From: Patescibacteria group bacterium
Lineage (GTDB): Bacteria > Patescibacteriota > Minisyncoccia > Phycocordibacterales > UBA12079
Direction of reading: 5' to 3'
Length of the DNA stretch: 64,000 bases
Assembly (NCBI GenBank): GCA_043800905.1
Contig: JAZDMO010000007.1
Coordinates: forward strand, 1,627-65,626
This document shows, piece by piece, positions 49,250 to 58,838 of this stretch (the first letter of the stretch is position 1; every line of letters starts with the position of its first letter). The notes below the pieces were generated by a model. The model worked only from the letters and a program-made list of their open reading frames with translations, had not been told where the DNA came from and ran no database searches. The position numbers and the translations under genes were made by a program.

Positions 49250-50254
49250 AGTTTTCCAGTTTCGCCATTCTTTTAAATCTAATTTTCTTCGTAAAGATGA
49301 CTTCCAAAATTTTTTCCAAATTACCCAGTTTTGATTTGAATTTATACTGCATATTTGTAGCCAGCGTTGAGAAATCATTTCTGAAAATATAGGTTCTTTA
49401 TAAAAATTTGTTATTTTATTTTGAGCTATTAATTTAGATAACCAAAGTTCTTCTTTTTTGAGAAAATCATGGGTTTTATAATTTTCTGGCTTGTATACCT
49501 CTCCATGAATTAAGAGATTTTCTTCTGTTGGTGTAATGTCGAGATTATCTTTCAGTAGGGTGGTTCTTAATTGTGCAATTGCCATTTTTTGTTTTGCAGA
49601 TTGAATTTTACCTGTGTTAGAATCATGAATTCTATATTGAATTAAAGCTTTTTTGATGTTTGTTATAGGAAAATATTTAACAGCATTGCTCCATAAACCA
49701 TAATCTTCTGCATGTTCGTAATTAATGTTATATCTTAAATTATATTTTTCTAGAATATTTTTTCGGGTTATTATTGATGGATGAATTATTATGCATCTAA
49801 ATAACAGAGCAATTTTGATTTTTTCTGGATGAGAAATGGGTTTTGAATATTTATTTATTTTTTTATTTCCTATAATTATTTTTGCCCAAGATCCAGCAAT
49901 ACCAATGTGTGGGTTTTTCTTCATGAATTTTATTTGAATTTCTAGTCTTTTAGGGAAACTAATATCATCTGCATCCATTCTTGCGATGTATTCCCCCCTT
50001 GCTTGATCAAGTCCTTTGTTTAACGATTTAATGACCCCTAAATTAACCTCGTTACTGATGAGTTTAATTCTAGAGTCATTATAGGATTTGATTATTTTTT
50101 CGCTGTTATCGGTTGAGCCATCATTGATAATTAAAAATTCAAAATCAGTGAAGGTTTGGTTAAGAATACTTTCAATTGATTTTTTTAGATATTTTTCACT
50201 ATTATAAACAGGCATTAAGACTGTTATTTTGGGGTTTTTGATATTATTATCCAT
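49208..50254 (-). CDS. Glycosyltransferase family 2
   Basis: VLMPVYNSE, INDGSTD, IARMDADD, AEDYGLW. Confidence 0.92.
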   Translation of the reverse strand: MDNNIKNPKITVLMPVYNSEKYLKKSIESILNQTFTDFEFLIINDGSTDNSEKIIKSYNDSRIKLISNEVNLGVIKSLNKGLDQARGEYIARMDADDISFPKRLEIQIKFMKKNPHIGIAGSWAKIIIGNKKINKYSKPISHPEKIKIALLFRCIIIHPSIITRKNILEKYNLRYNINYEHAEDYGLWSNAVKYFPITNIKKALIQYRIHDSNTGKIQSAKQKMAIAQLRTTLLKDNLDITPTEENLLIHGEVYKPENYKTHDFLKKEELWLSKLIAQNKITNFYKEPIFSEMISQRWLQICSINSNQNWVIWKKFWKSSLRRKLDLKEWRNWKTLSRFFIKCLLKKS

Positions 50255-50450
50255 GTTGTTTTAATTTATAGTAATTATTAAAGCATTTTTTAACAATGAC
50301 AGCAATTTTGTTTGAATTCAGGAATTAATTTGTGGGATGAGTCTTAATATTTTTGAGTAAAATATATTGCTATTTTGGGATAAAGGGTGTAGTTTGATAG
50401 GTAGACTGTTCTTTAATTTCAAAATAAAAAAACTAAAAGAGGAGGCAAAA

Positions 50451-51752
50451 ATGAGGAAAAGAATATTACTTATAGATCCGCCCTTTCAAAGATTTATGGG
50501 ATTTTCCAAAACAGGAATTCCTCTCGGGCTGTTGTCTTTGGCAGGAGTTTTGAAAAAAAGAGGTCATTGGGTTGAAGTTCTGGATTCGGATTATAATCCA
50601 AATGGAACCCCTTACCCTTTTATGGATAAAATAGGCCACTATGATGAATACCTTGATAATTTAAATAATGGAAACCATTTAATTTGGGAGGACATTTCTT
50701 CCCAGATTGAGAAATCAAAACCAGATGTGGTTGGTATTTCTTTTATTTCTACCAAATTAAGGAGCGGATTAAGGGTCGCGCAAATTGCAAAAAAGATGGG
50801 TGTAAAAAGAATTGTGGGAGGGGGTCCTCATGTAATAATTCGTCCAGATGATGTTGCTGGCAAAGGTAGTGCTGTTGATTATTTAATTATTGGAGAGGCT
50901 GAAGAACAATTGGATGTTTTTGAAGGAAGCCCTTCTAATAGCGTTATAAAAGCAAGCAGAATAAAAAATTTAGATTCATTGCCTTGGATGGCCAGGGAAA
51001 GTCTTGTGGGGATTCACCATTATCGACCTTCTGATCTTGGTTTTATGATAACCTCAAGAGGGTGTTCTGGGTCTTGCAATTTTTGCTGTTCTGAGAAATT
51101 GTGGGGCAAAAAAGTCAGATTCAGGAGTATTCAAGATGTCATTGCAGAAATGGTTTATGTTAACAAAAAATATGGTACCAAAAAGTTTTATATGACAGAT
51201 GATACTTTTACAATGAATAGAAAAAGAGTTTTTGAATTTACTGACGGGCTTCTTGGAAAAAAATATGAATGGGGTTGTTTGACTCGAGTAGATAGAATAA
51301 ATAGTAAAATGCTTGAACAAATGGTTTTGTCTGGTTGTAATATGATTAAAGTCGGTGTTGAGAGTGGAAGTCAGAGGGTATTAAATTTAATGAACAAGGG
51401 AACAACCCTCAGTCAGGCAAGAGCTGTTGCAAAGTTGCTTAATGATTTTTCTGTAACTTGGCTAGCTTATATAATGGTTGGAGTTCCTGGGGAAACCTCT
51501 GAAGATGTTGATGCCACTATGAAGTTTGTCGATGAAATCAAACCCACTTATGTTAGTGCTTCAATTTATACTCCGTATGTTGGAACTGGTTTTTACAAAA
51601 ACGGTTACGACCATTTATTAAAAGGGAAAATTATGGGCGATTATGCTATCGAAGAAGCAAATCACCACAGTTTAAAAGTTATAGCGGGAGATGTTCCTCG
51701 TGAAAAGATTGTTGAATTCATGAGATTTGCGGATAGTTATAATTCACCCTAG
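50451..51752 (+). CDS. B12-binding-domain radical SAM protein (class B methyltransferase-like)
   Basis: PLGLLSLA, GGPH, TSRGCSGSCNFC (CxxxCxxC), DDTF, GVESGS; GAGGAGG upstream of ATG 50451. Confidence 0.9.
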   Translation: MRKRILLIDPPFQRFMGFSKTGIPLGLLSLAGVLKKRGHWVEVLDSDYNPNGTPYPFMDKIGHYDEYLDNLNNGNHLIWEDISSQIEKSKPDVVGISFISTKLRSGLRVAQIAKKMGVKRIVGGGPHVIIRPDDVAGKGSAVDYLIIGEAEEQLDVFEGSPSNSVIKASRIKNLDSLPWMARESLVGIHHYRPSDLGFMITSRGCSGSCNFCCSEKLWGKKVRFRSIQDVIAEMVYVNKKYGTKKFYMTDDTFTMNRKRVFEFTDGLLGKKYEWGCLTRVDRINSKMLEQMVLSGCNMIKVGVESGSQRVLNLMNKGTTLSQARAVAKLLNDFSVTWLAYIMVGVPGETSEDVDATMKFVDEIKPTYVSASIYTPYVGTGFYKNGYDHLLKGKIMGDYAIEEANHHSLKVIAGDVPREKIVEFMRFADSYNSP

Positions 51753-51901
51753 TGAGTATTTTTGAGAGGGGTCCTTTTATTTTTTTATTTCGAATTATTA
51801 TTGTATTAATGAGTTTTTTGAGACAAAGCGAGATTGGTTTATTCAATCTCGCTTTTCAATTTTCGTAAAATTTTAACAAAAAACTGTTTTTAAAAAATAA
51901 C

Positions 51902-52807
51902 CTAGATTTTCATCCAAGTTAAGGGTATTGGATTATATTTATTTTTTTCTAAATCAGTAAACCACTTTTCAGGGGCTATTACTATTTTGTCAGGGTTTGG
52001 GTTTAACCAAGCTCCCCACCAACTAAAAGAACTGTTAGCAATAACATTGTGTTTACACAAGCTCATCAATATTAAATCTTCATAATTTTTGTTTTCTTCA
52101 ACAAAGGTAATAGAGAATTCGGTTTTAAAATTTTCTTTTGCCCACCAGATATCATCAGAAAAAACAAAGATTTTTAGATCTTTGAATTTTTCTGAAATTT
52201 TTTGGATAGCGTTTTGATAATAATCTAAAGAACAGATTTCATAAATTTTGTTTGTTTTTTTATTATTGATATAATCGCTTCTGCGAATATGGATAGAAAT
52301 TGAATTTGTGTTTTCAATAATCCCTTTTAATTTTTGATTTTTAATTGAGAATTCATTTTTTAAAGTAAATTCTTCACGAATAATATTTTTAATATTTTTT
52401 CCGTTCGAGATAAATCCGTCTTGGGCGGAAAAATATTTTTCGTTTTGCCAATAACCATCTAGATAAATATCTTTGTTGGAATTTTCTAGTATTTTTTTAT
52501 TAAAATTATTCGGCTTTTCAGTAATATAAATTGAATTATCTGAAAAAAATAAATTATAAAAAAGATATTTCCAATTATTTATTTTTTTATATTTCTTTAA
52601 CTTTTTTATTTCGTCATTGTTCGCTATCTTTTCAACTATATTAAAAATTCCTAATTCATATTTGCGAGGAGTCGTGTTTTTTTTAATGTGATTAAACCAA
52701 GAGATATCTAATTTTAATTCGGTTTTATTTTTTTCAGCCAAAGCACGTCCAATTGCATATTGGAACATTTGATTTCCTAAACCGCCTGTTAATTTAACAA
52801 TAATCAT
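51902..52807 (-). CDS. Alpha-1,2-fucosyltransferase (GT11)
   Basis: GGLGNQMFQYA, GYWQNEKYF, SIHIRRSDY, FVFSDD, IANSSFSWWGAWL. Confidence 0.93.
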   Translation of the reverse strand: MIIVKLTGGLGNQMFQYAIGRALAEKNKTELKLDISWFNHIKKNTTPRKYELGIFNIVEKIANNDEIKKLKKYKKINNWKYLFYNLFFSDNSIYITEKPNNFNKKILENSNKDIYLDGYWQNEKYFSAQDGFISNGKNIKNIIREEFTLKNEFSIKNQKLKGIIENTNSISIHIRRSDYINNKKTNKIYEICSLDYYQNAIQKISEKFKDLKIFVFSDDIWWAKENFKTEFSITFVEENKNYEDLILMSLCKHNVIANSSFSWWGAWLNPNPDKIVIAPEKWFTDLEKNKYNPIPLTWMKI

Positions 52808-52808
52808 A

Positions 52809-53393
52809 TTATTTATTTTTCAAACCGAGAGTCTCTGCGGCTGTTGTTTTTTGCCTGAATCCTACCACTTTTGCTGGGGCCCCGACAGCAATAGCATATT
52901 CGGGAATATCTTTGGTTACAACACTGCCAGCTCCGATAACGGCGCCTTTTTCTATGGTGACACCGTCTAGTATAGATGAATTTCCTCCTATCCAGACTTC
53001 GTCTTTTATTATGGTTCCTTTCATTTCGTTTCCGCTTGTTTTTATTGACTCTGTTGTTTTTATGTTGTGGTTAGCCCCGGGGATATTTACATTTGGGCCT
53101 ATTGAAACATTATTTCCTATCTTTACTTTTCCACAAATAAAGTTATTAACCCCTAAATCACAATTATCTCCAACAGTTAATTCAATAGGTGATATGAAAC
53201 AATTATGGTAAATCGTTATGTTTTTACCAAATTTAATTTTGTTTTTGTTCCTTATAAAAGTATTGTTGAAAAGCGTAATAGGGAGTTCTATTTTTTCAAA
53301 TTTATTTTTGTTTAAAAAATAAAAAAATAAACCATAAAGTTTTTGTTTGTTCTTAGAATATTTATATAAATAAAACAATCTTTTTCTTAACAT
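52809..53393 (-). CDS. Hexapeptide-repeat O-acyltransferase
   Basis: IGNNVSIGPNV, VWIGG, GAVIGAGSVVTKDIP, VGAPAK. Confidence 0.9.
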   Translation of the reverse strand: MLRKRLFYLYKYSKNKQKLYGLFFYFLNKNKFEKIELPITLFNNTFIRNKNKIKFGKNITIYHNCFISPIELTVGDNCDLGVNNFICGKVKIGNNVSIGPNVNIPGANHNIKTTESIKTSGNEMKGTIIKDEVWIGGNSSILDGVTIEKGAVIGAGSVVTKDIPEYAIAVGAPAKVVGFRQKTTAAETLGLKNK

Positions 53394-55006
53394 ATTGATA
53401 TAATATCATTTTTAACCTTGAATTTTAAGTTTTTGTTTTTATTTTTAATAAATTCTTTTAGTTTGCTTATTGTTGGATAATCATTTTCCCCCACAAAACA
53501 TCTTGCGTCATCAATGAGAATAACATGGTTTTTAATTGGATGATTAAAAATAGCAGTTAACTCTTTGAAGATTGGTGTGTTTAAATTACCTTTGGCGGTA
53601 ATATCTCCAGAATAATGACCGTCAAGCCAAAAAAGGCAAGGTTCATTTATCTCTTTTAAAATACTAGGAAGTATTTCTCCGCTATCCCCGTTTAAAATTA
53701 AAATATTGGTGTTTTGTTTAAACTTATCAACGGCTTTTCTATATAAAGAGATGTCTAATTCAATTGAATAAATCTTTTTAAACATTTTTTCCATTGCCTC
53801 CACCATTTTACCTTTATAGGTGCCCGTTTCTATGAAAGTTTTTATTCTATATTTTCTGGCATATTTTTTTATATTTTTTTGTTTGATTACGTGGGGAGGG
53901 GGGGTTGGTTTGCCTCTAGTTAACCAAATTAAAATAATTAATTGATTTTTTAGATAATTAGCAAATTTATTAAAAAGTATTTTTTTTACAAAAAGTTTAG
54001 ATATTAATTTTATTTTTAATAAAAATAGTTTTAGTTTTTTTAACATAATTTCTTTAATCGTGGGCGGATAGTTATTTTCTGGATTAATTTCTAAAATCTC
54101 ATACCGCAGAGGTTCACCACTCGATGTTTTTTTAATAATTTTTGTAATCATGGGAAAAAGATTATATTCGTCCAAAATCAATTCTTTCGATTGGATAATT
54201 TCTCCTTTCGATTTTTCATAAGTATTATTTTTTAGGGTGTCTTCAATAATTTTTATAGCTTCTCTTGGTTTTTTTATATCAATTACTGACAATGAATTTT
54301 TAGGAAAATATTCGTAAATATTTGAACACCCATAATAAAGTGGGTAACTTTCTCCTAAAAATGCATCAGAGAGTTTTTCTGACCAATAATCTCTATTAGA
54401 ACTATTTTCTAGAACAATATGATATTTATATGGGGCAATAATATCCCATTTATCAGTGAAATCTTTTATATCTTTACCCAAAATATCTATTTTATTTCCA
54501 AAATGTTTTTTTAATTTATTTATGAATTTTAATCTTTGACGGTGTCCTTTTGTGGAGTTTTTATTTGATGAAATTACTGAAATCAACCTACTTTTCTTTA
54601 TTTCTTGGGAACTTTTTAAATTGTCGTAATTTTTAGAAAAGTTTCCCCATGTGTTTATTTCTTTATTATACTCAGCACCAATCATCCATGGCAATGACTC
54701 TTGTTTGTTTAGTATATTTGGATGTTTGATGTTTCTTTGTGACGTAATAATAGTTTCAAATTGTTTTAAAAAATTAGAGTTATATTTTTTTATGTTTTTC
54801 GGTTCCGTTGTAATGAAAATTGTGTTTTTTTTAGGACAAATACAGCTCTCTTTTTGTACTAAACCGCCCAAAATAATCCAGTAATCACATTTTTCAATGT
54901 TTTTGTTTATTGAAAAATGGTAATTCTCCCAGATCCCTTTCGAATTTGGTGTCTGTCTTTCTATAGGCCATTCTGGGGAAGCTGTTGTTAATTTAATTTT
55001 TTGCAT
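53387..55006 (-). CDS. GT10 (alpha-1,3-fucosyltransferase-like) fused to a SAM-methyltransferase-like domain
   Basis: YKYHIVLENSS..DYWSEKLSDAF...PLYYG (GT10); C-terminal FIETGT...GDS...FWLDGH...ILIDDAR. Confidence 0.8.
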   Translation of the reverse strand: MQKIKLTTASPEWPIERQTPNSKGIWENYHFSINKNIEKCDYWIILGGLVQKESCICPKKNTIFITTEPKNIKKYNSNFLKQFETIITSQRNIKHPNILNKQESLPWMIGAEYNKEINTWGNFSKNYDNLKSSQEIKKSRLISVISSNKNSTKGHRQRLKFINKLKKHFGNKIDILGKDIKDFTDKWDIIAPYKYHIVLENSSNRDYWSEKLSDAFLGESYPLYYGCSNIYEYFPKNSLSVIDIKKPREAIKIIEDTLKNNTYEKSKGEIIQSKELILDEYNLFPMITKIIKKTSSGEPLRYEILEINPENNYPPTIKEIMLKKLKLFLLKIKLISKLFVKKILFNKFANYLKNQLIILIWLTRGKPTPPPHVIKQKNIKKYARKYRIKTFIETGTYKGKMVEAMEKMFKKIYSIELDISLYRKAVDKFKQNTNILILNGDSGEILPSILKEINEPCLFWLDGHYSGDITAKGNLNTPIFKELTAIFNHPIKNHVILIDDARCFVGENDYPTISKLKEFIKNKNKNLKFKVKNDIISIC

Positions 55007-55709
55007 AAATGATTTTTCTCAGTATCTTTTTAATCTTGCGATAATTAAAGCTCGCTTTTTGTCTGAACGGCTCTTTGTATGATTTTGATTTGATATATTT
55101 TATATTATCACACGGGACTATCCTTATAATATCGTTAGAAACTTTAAAATTGATATTACTATTTATTTTTTTTATAAAAGAGAATAGTTCTTTAACAGTT
55201 GGGTATTCATTTTCTCCCGTAAAACATCTTGCGTCATCGATAAGGATTATATGATTTTTAATACGATGATTTAATATAATTTCTAGTTCTTTTAAAATCG
55301 GGGTATTAAGATTACCTCTTGCTGTTATTCCTCCAGAGTAGTGGCCATCTAGCCAAAAAAGTGTGGGTTGATATAAAGTGGGAGTAACCACTTTTAAAAT
55401 ATCAGAACTATCTCCTTGAAGTATTGTTATATGGGTATTATAAATGAATTTTTCTTTTGATTTTTTATATAGATCTTTGTCTAATTCGATTGATATTAAT
55501 TTTTTGAATTTGTTTTTTAAAGCTTCCACTGTTTCTCCTAAGAAAGTACCGGTTTCAATAAAAATATCAATAGAAAATTCCTTAGCATAGTTTTCTATTG
55601 TTTGCCTTTTTATGGTATAGAGGGGAGGACTGATTGGCTTGCCAATAATAAATTTATATAGTTTATTATCAATAGTGTTTAATATCTTTTTAATTTGTTT
55701 TTTTACCAT
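54993..55709 (-). CDS. SAM-methyltransferase-like protein, paralog of the GT10-fused domain
   Basis: FIETGTFLG, SIELD, GDSS, FWLDGHYSGG, ILIDDARCF. Confidence 0.75.
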   Translation of the reverse strand: MVKKQIKKILNTIDNKLYKFIIGKPISPPLYTIKRQTIENYAKEFSIDIFIETGTFLGETVEALKNKFKKLISIELDKDLYKKSKEKFIYNTHITILQGDSSDILKVVTPTLYQPTLFWLDGHYSGGITARGNLNTPILKELEIILNHRIKNHIILIDDARCFTGENEYPTVKELFSFIKKINSNINFKVSNDIIRIVPCDNIKYIKSKSYKEPFRQKASFNYRKIKKILRKIIYAKN

Positions 55710-56975
55710 TTAGCTATATTTATCTGTTGAATAATCTAAAACCGTAGCAATTTGTCCTTCACTTGACCCTTTAAATATTAGTGATTTTGGGTTGTTTACA
55801 TCAGTTATTTCAAAATAAATATCTTTTTTATGATCAAAAGATTCTATGCAAGGTTCGTGGATAGCAGTAGTGAAATTATAATTTCCTACATTAAACAAAA
55901 ATGACGGGATCTCAACAACGGTTGCGTATTTTCCTGGAGAATAGGTTTTTAGTTTTTTTGTTTTGTCTGATTCAGAAGATTTTAATAGTAGTGTATTTGA
56001 TGAGTAAAATAAGATAGAAAAAAGAGCATTCTCAACCTTTTTAAGAACTTTGTATTCTGTTTTAATAAAAAAGTTTTGGCTAATAGGTATATTGGTTGTT
56101 GGCTTTTTATTTTTATCTAGAATGGAAACTCTTGTGATTTGTGCTTTCTTTTTTTGATCAACTTCAAATTCAGTAACGGCTTTTTTTTCTTTTATCTTGT
56201 TTAAATAATGACTGATAACTTTTTTCGTTTCTCCGATCATTTTTATTTTTCCGTTTTCGATTAGAATACACCTTTTGCAAAGTTTTTTAACGGCTTCTAG
56301 GTTATGGCTTACGAATAGAATAGTTCTTCCTGCTTGGCTGGTGACCTCGTCCATTTTACCAAGGCATTTTTTTTGGAATTCTGCGTCGCCGACAGCAAGA
56401 ACTTCATCTACCAAAAGAATATCAGGTTCCATATGAGCTGCCACAGAAAAACCAAGACGCACTAGCATTCCAGAAGAATATCTTTTTACGGGCGTATCAA
56501 TAAATTTTCCTACTCCTGAAAATTCTACGATAGCATCAAATTTTTCAGCAATTTCTTTTTTAGTCATTCCTAAAATAGCTCCATTAAGAAAAATATTTTC
56601 TCGTCCAGTTAATTCAGAATGAAAACCGGTCCCAACTTCTAGAAGAGAGGCCACTTTTCCGTGCATTCTGATTTCTCCTGTGGTTGGTGGTGTGATTCCT
56701 GTTAAAATTTTAAGTAAAGTAGACTTACCCGCTCCATTGGCTCCGATAATTCCAACAGCTTCTCCTGCTTGAATTTCAAAATCAATGTCTTTTAATGCCC
56801 AAAATTCTTCATTAGTATTTCTCCCTGTAATTTGTTCAGCTTTCTTTTTTAGAAAAGAAAAAGGTTTTTTAGCTATATTGGTTAAAACATCGCGCATTGC
56901 AACATAACTACCTCGTTCATGAGTGATATTGTATTTTTTTGAAATGTTTTTAACAATTATTATTGGTTTATTCAT
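55710..56975 (-). CDS. wzt: Polysaccharide ABC exporter ATPase with C-terminal domain (Wzt)
   Basis: GANGAGKST, LLEVGTGFH, YSSGM, VDEVLAVGD; C-terminal Ig-like extension. Confidence 0.92.
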   Translation of the reverse strand: MNKPIIIVKNISKKYNITHERGSYVAMRDVLTNIAKKPFSFLKKKAEQITGRNTNEEFWALKDIDFEIQAGEAVGIIGANGAGKSTLLKILTGITPPTTGEIRMHGKVASLLEVGTGFHSELTGRENIFLNGAILGMTKKEIAEKFDAIVEFSGVGKFIDTPVKRYSSGMLVRLGFSVAAHMEPDILLVDEVLAVGDAEFQKKCLGKMDEVTSQAGRTILFVSHNLEAVKKLCKRCILIENGKIKMIGETKKVISHYLNKIKEKKAVTEFEVDQKKKAQITRVSILDKNKKPTTNIPISQNFFIKTEYKVLKKVENALFSILFYSSNTLLLKSSESDKTKKLKTYSPGKYATVVEIPSFLFNVGNYNFTTAIHEPCIESFDHKKDIYFEITDVNNPKSLIFKGSSEGQIATVLDYSTDKYS

Positions 56976-56987
56976 AATATTTTATAT

Positions 56988-57815
56988 TCATACAACGTCT
57001 GCAAAATATCTTTCGGTTTTTTTGAAAAAATAAAATCCTATTAATAAGACTATTAGACAAACAGTTCCTGAAATTGTTAAAAGTGTCCAATTTATTGGGG
57101 CATTTCCTAATAGAGCTGCACGAGAGGCTTTAATTACTCCAGTCATAGGATTTAAGGCCAAAAGCCATGAATATTTTCCTACAATACTAGCTGGATAAAT
57201 TACTGGGGTGACAAACATCATTATGGAAATGAAAAAAGGTAAAGCATAACGAACATCGCGATATTTAACATTTATAGAAGCAAGAAATAGACCACCTCCT
57301 ACTGAAGCCATAAAAGTAATAAATAGAAGTAGGGGAATAATTAAAAGCCCAATTAAATTTGGTGTGTATTGATAATAAATCATCATTCCAACTAAAATAG
57401 TGGAGGCTATGAAAAAATCAACAAATTTTGTGATTGTAGATGAAATAGGTAAAATTATTCTTGGAAAGTAAACCTTAGTGATAATTCCTTGATTAGAAAT
57501 TAAACAATTACTTACATCTGATAAAGAAGCAGAAAAAAATTGCCAAAATAAAAGTCCAGAGTAAACAAAGATTGGGTAAGGAATTCCGTCTGAAGGCATT
57601 TTAGCAAAGTTTCCGAAAAATATGGTGAAAACAACCATCGTCATGAAAGGTTGAAAAAGAGCCCATAAAATTCCTATGGCTGTTTGTTTGTAGCGAACTT
57701 TAATATCTCTCCAAGTTAGGAAATACAATAATTCTTTGTATTGCCAGATTTCTTTTAAATCGTTAAAACTAAAAGTTTTTTTCGGTTTAATTATGGTTGT
57801 CTTTGAGTTATACAT
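56988..57815 (-). CDS. wzm: Polysaccharide ABC exporter permease (Wzm)
   Basis: RDIKVRYKQT..GILW..QP, KVYFPR, YRDV, TPVIYP, LNPM, FADVV. Confidence 0.93.
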   Translation of the reverse strand: MYNSKTTIIKPKKTFSFNDLKEIWQYKELLYFLTWRDIKVRYKQTAIGILWALFQPFMTMVVFTIFFGNFAKMPSDGIPYPIFVYSGLLFWQFFSASLSDVSNCLISNQGIITKVYFPRIILPISSTITKFVDFFIASTILVGMMIYYQYTPNLIGLLIIPLLLFITFMASVGGGLFLASINVKYRDVRYALPFFISIMMFVTPVIYPASIVGKYSWLLALNPMTGVIKASRAALLGNAPINWTLLTISGTVCLIVLLIGFYFFKKTERYFADVV

Positions 57816-57901
57816 AAATTGTTTGTTTATGAAATAATAACAATTTATTCATTTTTTTTCCACTGTTTGTCTGAAAATGGCTGTGATATAATTTTGATAT
57901 T

Positions 57902-58306
57902 ATGCTTGATAAAAAAAGATTTTCTATTGTTTTAATGGTTTTAATCTATGTAATTTTGATTATGGATATACTGGCTTTTAGATTTTTCCTTTATTGGCGC
58001 TTTTGGTGGTTTGATATAGTAATGCATTTTTTGGGTGGAATTTGGATAATGTTGGTGAGTTATTATATTTTTTATCTTTCGGATTATGCTGAGTATGTAA
58101 GACATTTGAGTAAAAAATATTCTCCTTTTATTTTATCTTTGTCTTCAATTGCTTTTGTGGGAATTTTTTGGGAATTGTTTGAATTGACAACTAAAGTTTC
58201 TATTCAATCAAATTATGTTTTAGACACAAGTTTAGACTTGTTTATGGATATGAGTGGTTGGATAGTGGCTTATACCTATGTGGAAAAAAGAACAAGAAAG
58301 CGTTGA
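57902..58306 (+). CDS. Small membrane protein (VanZ/YjdF-like)
   Basis: WWFDIVMHFLGG, WELFE, DTSLDL; four TM segments. Confidence 0.7.
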   Translation: MLDKKRFSIVLMVLIYVILIMDILAFRFFLYWRFWWFDIVMHFLGGIWIMLVSYYIFYLSDYAEYVRHLSKKYSPFILSLSSIAFVGIFWELFELTTKVSIQSNYVLDTSLDLFMDMSGWIVAYTYVEKRTRKR

Positions 58307-58335
58307 TATTTTTTAAATTAAAAAATTAAAACTTT

Positions 58336-58641
58336 ATTCGCAATGATATTTATTTACTGGATTGCCACACCGAGCGCCAAAAACTTTAATTAAAGTTTTT
58401 GGTGCTCGGCTCGCAATGACGAACGAACGGATGTTGGACCTGCCTGCCGGCAGGCAGGTTGCCATGATATCGCTCGCAATGACGAGATGCTGGGTTGCTT
58501 CGTAAACTCGCAATGACGAACTGACGAATAAACACTGGATTCCTCCCAAGCCTACCTGCCCCCGCCTGCCGGCGTGCAAGGGCAGGCAGGGCGGACAAAT
58601 GCCACAGAATTTTTTAAAACAAAAAATTCTTCGCAATGACG
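58336..58641. repeat. Tandem, nested REP-like array
   Basis: Five TCGCAATGA ends, two CTGGATT starts, and embedded CCTGCC palindromes. Confidence 0.88.
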
Positions 58642-58838
58642 ATAATTTTTTGGGATGTTTTTTCTTTGTTTTTTATGTTGTTTTTTGGTATAATTTTTCG
58701 GTTATACTTAACAGAGTTGCAAGTTTTTAAAGTTTATAAAATTCGTAAAGTTTATCTGTAGGTAGATAGAAAATTACTTTGTAATTTTTTCGAAATATTT
58801 TTTGACTTTAAATCTGTATTAGAAATTAAAATACTTTT

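Noticed and set aside
58334-58636. ORFs 58334-58636(-), 58386-58598(-) and 63664-63930(+)
   Set aside because: They are translations of REP arrays (PAGR, VIAS motifs) with no independent coding signal.
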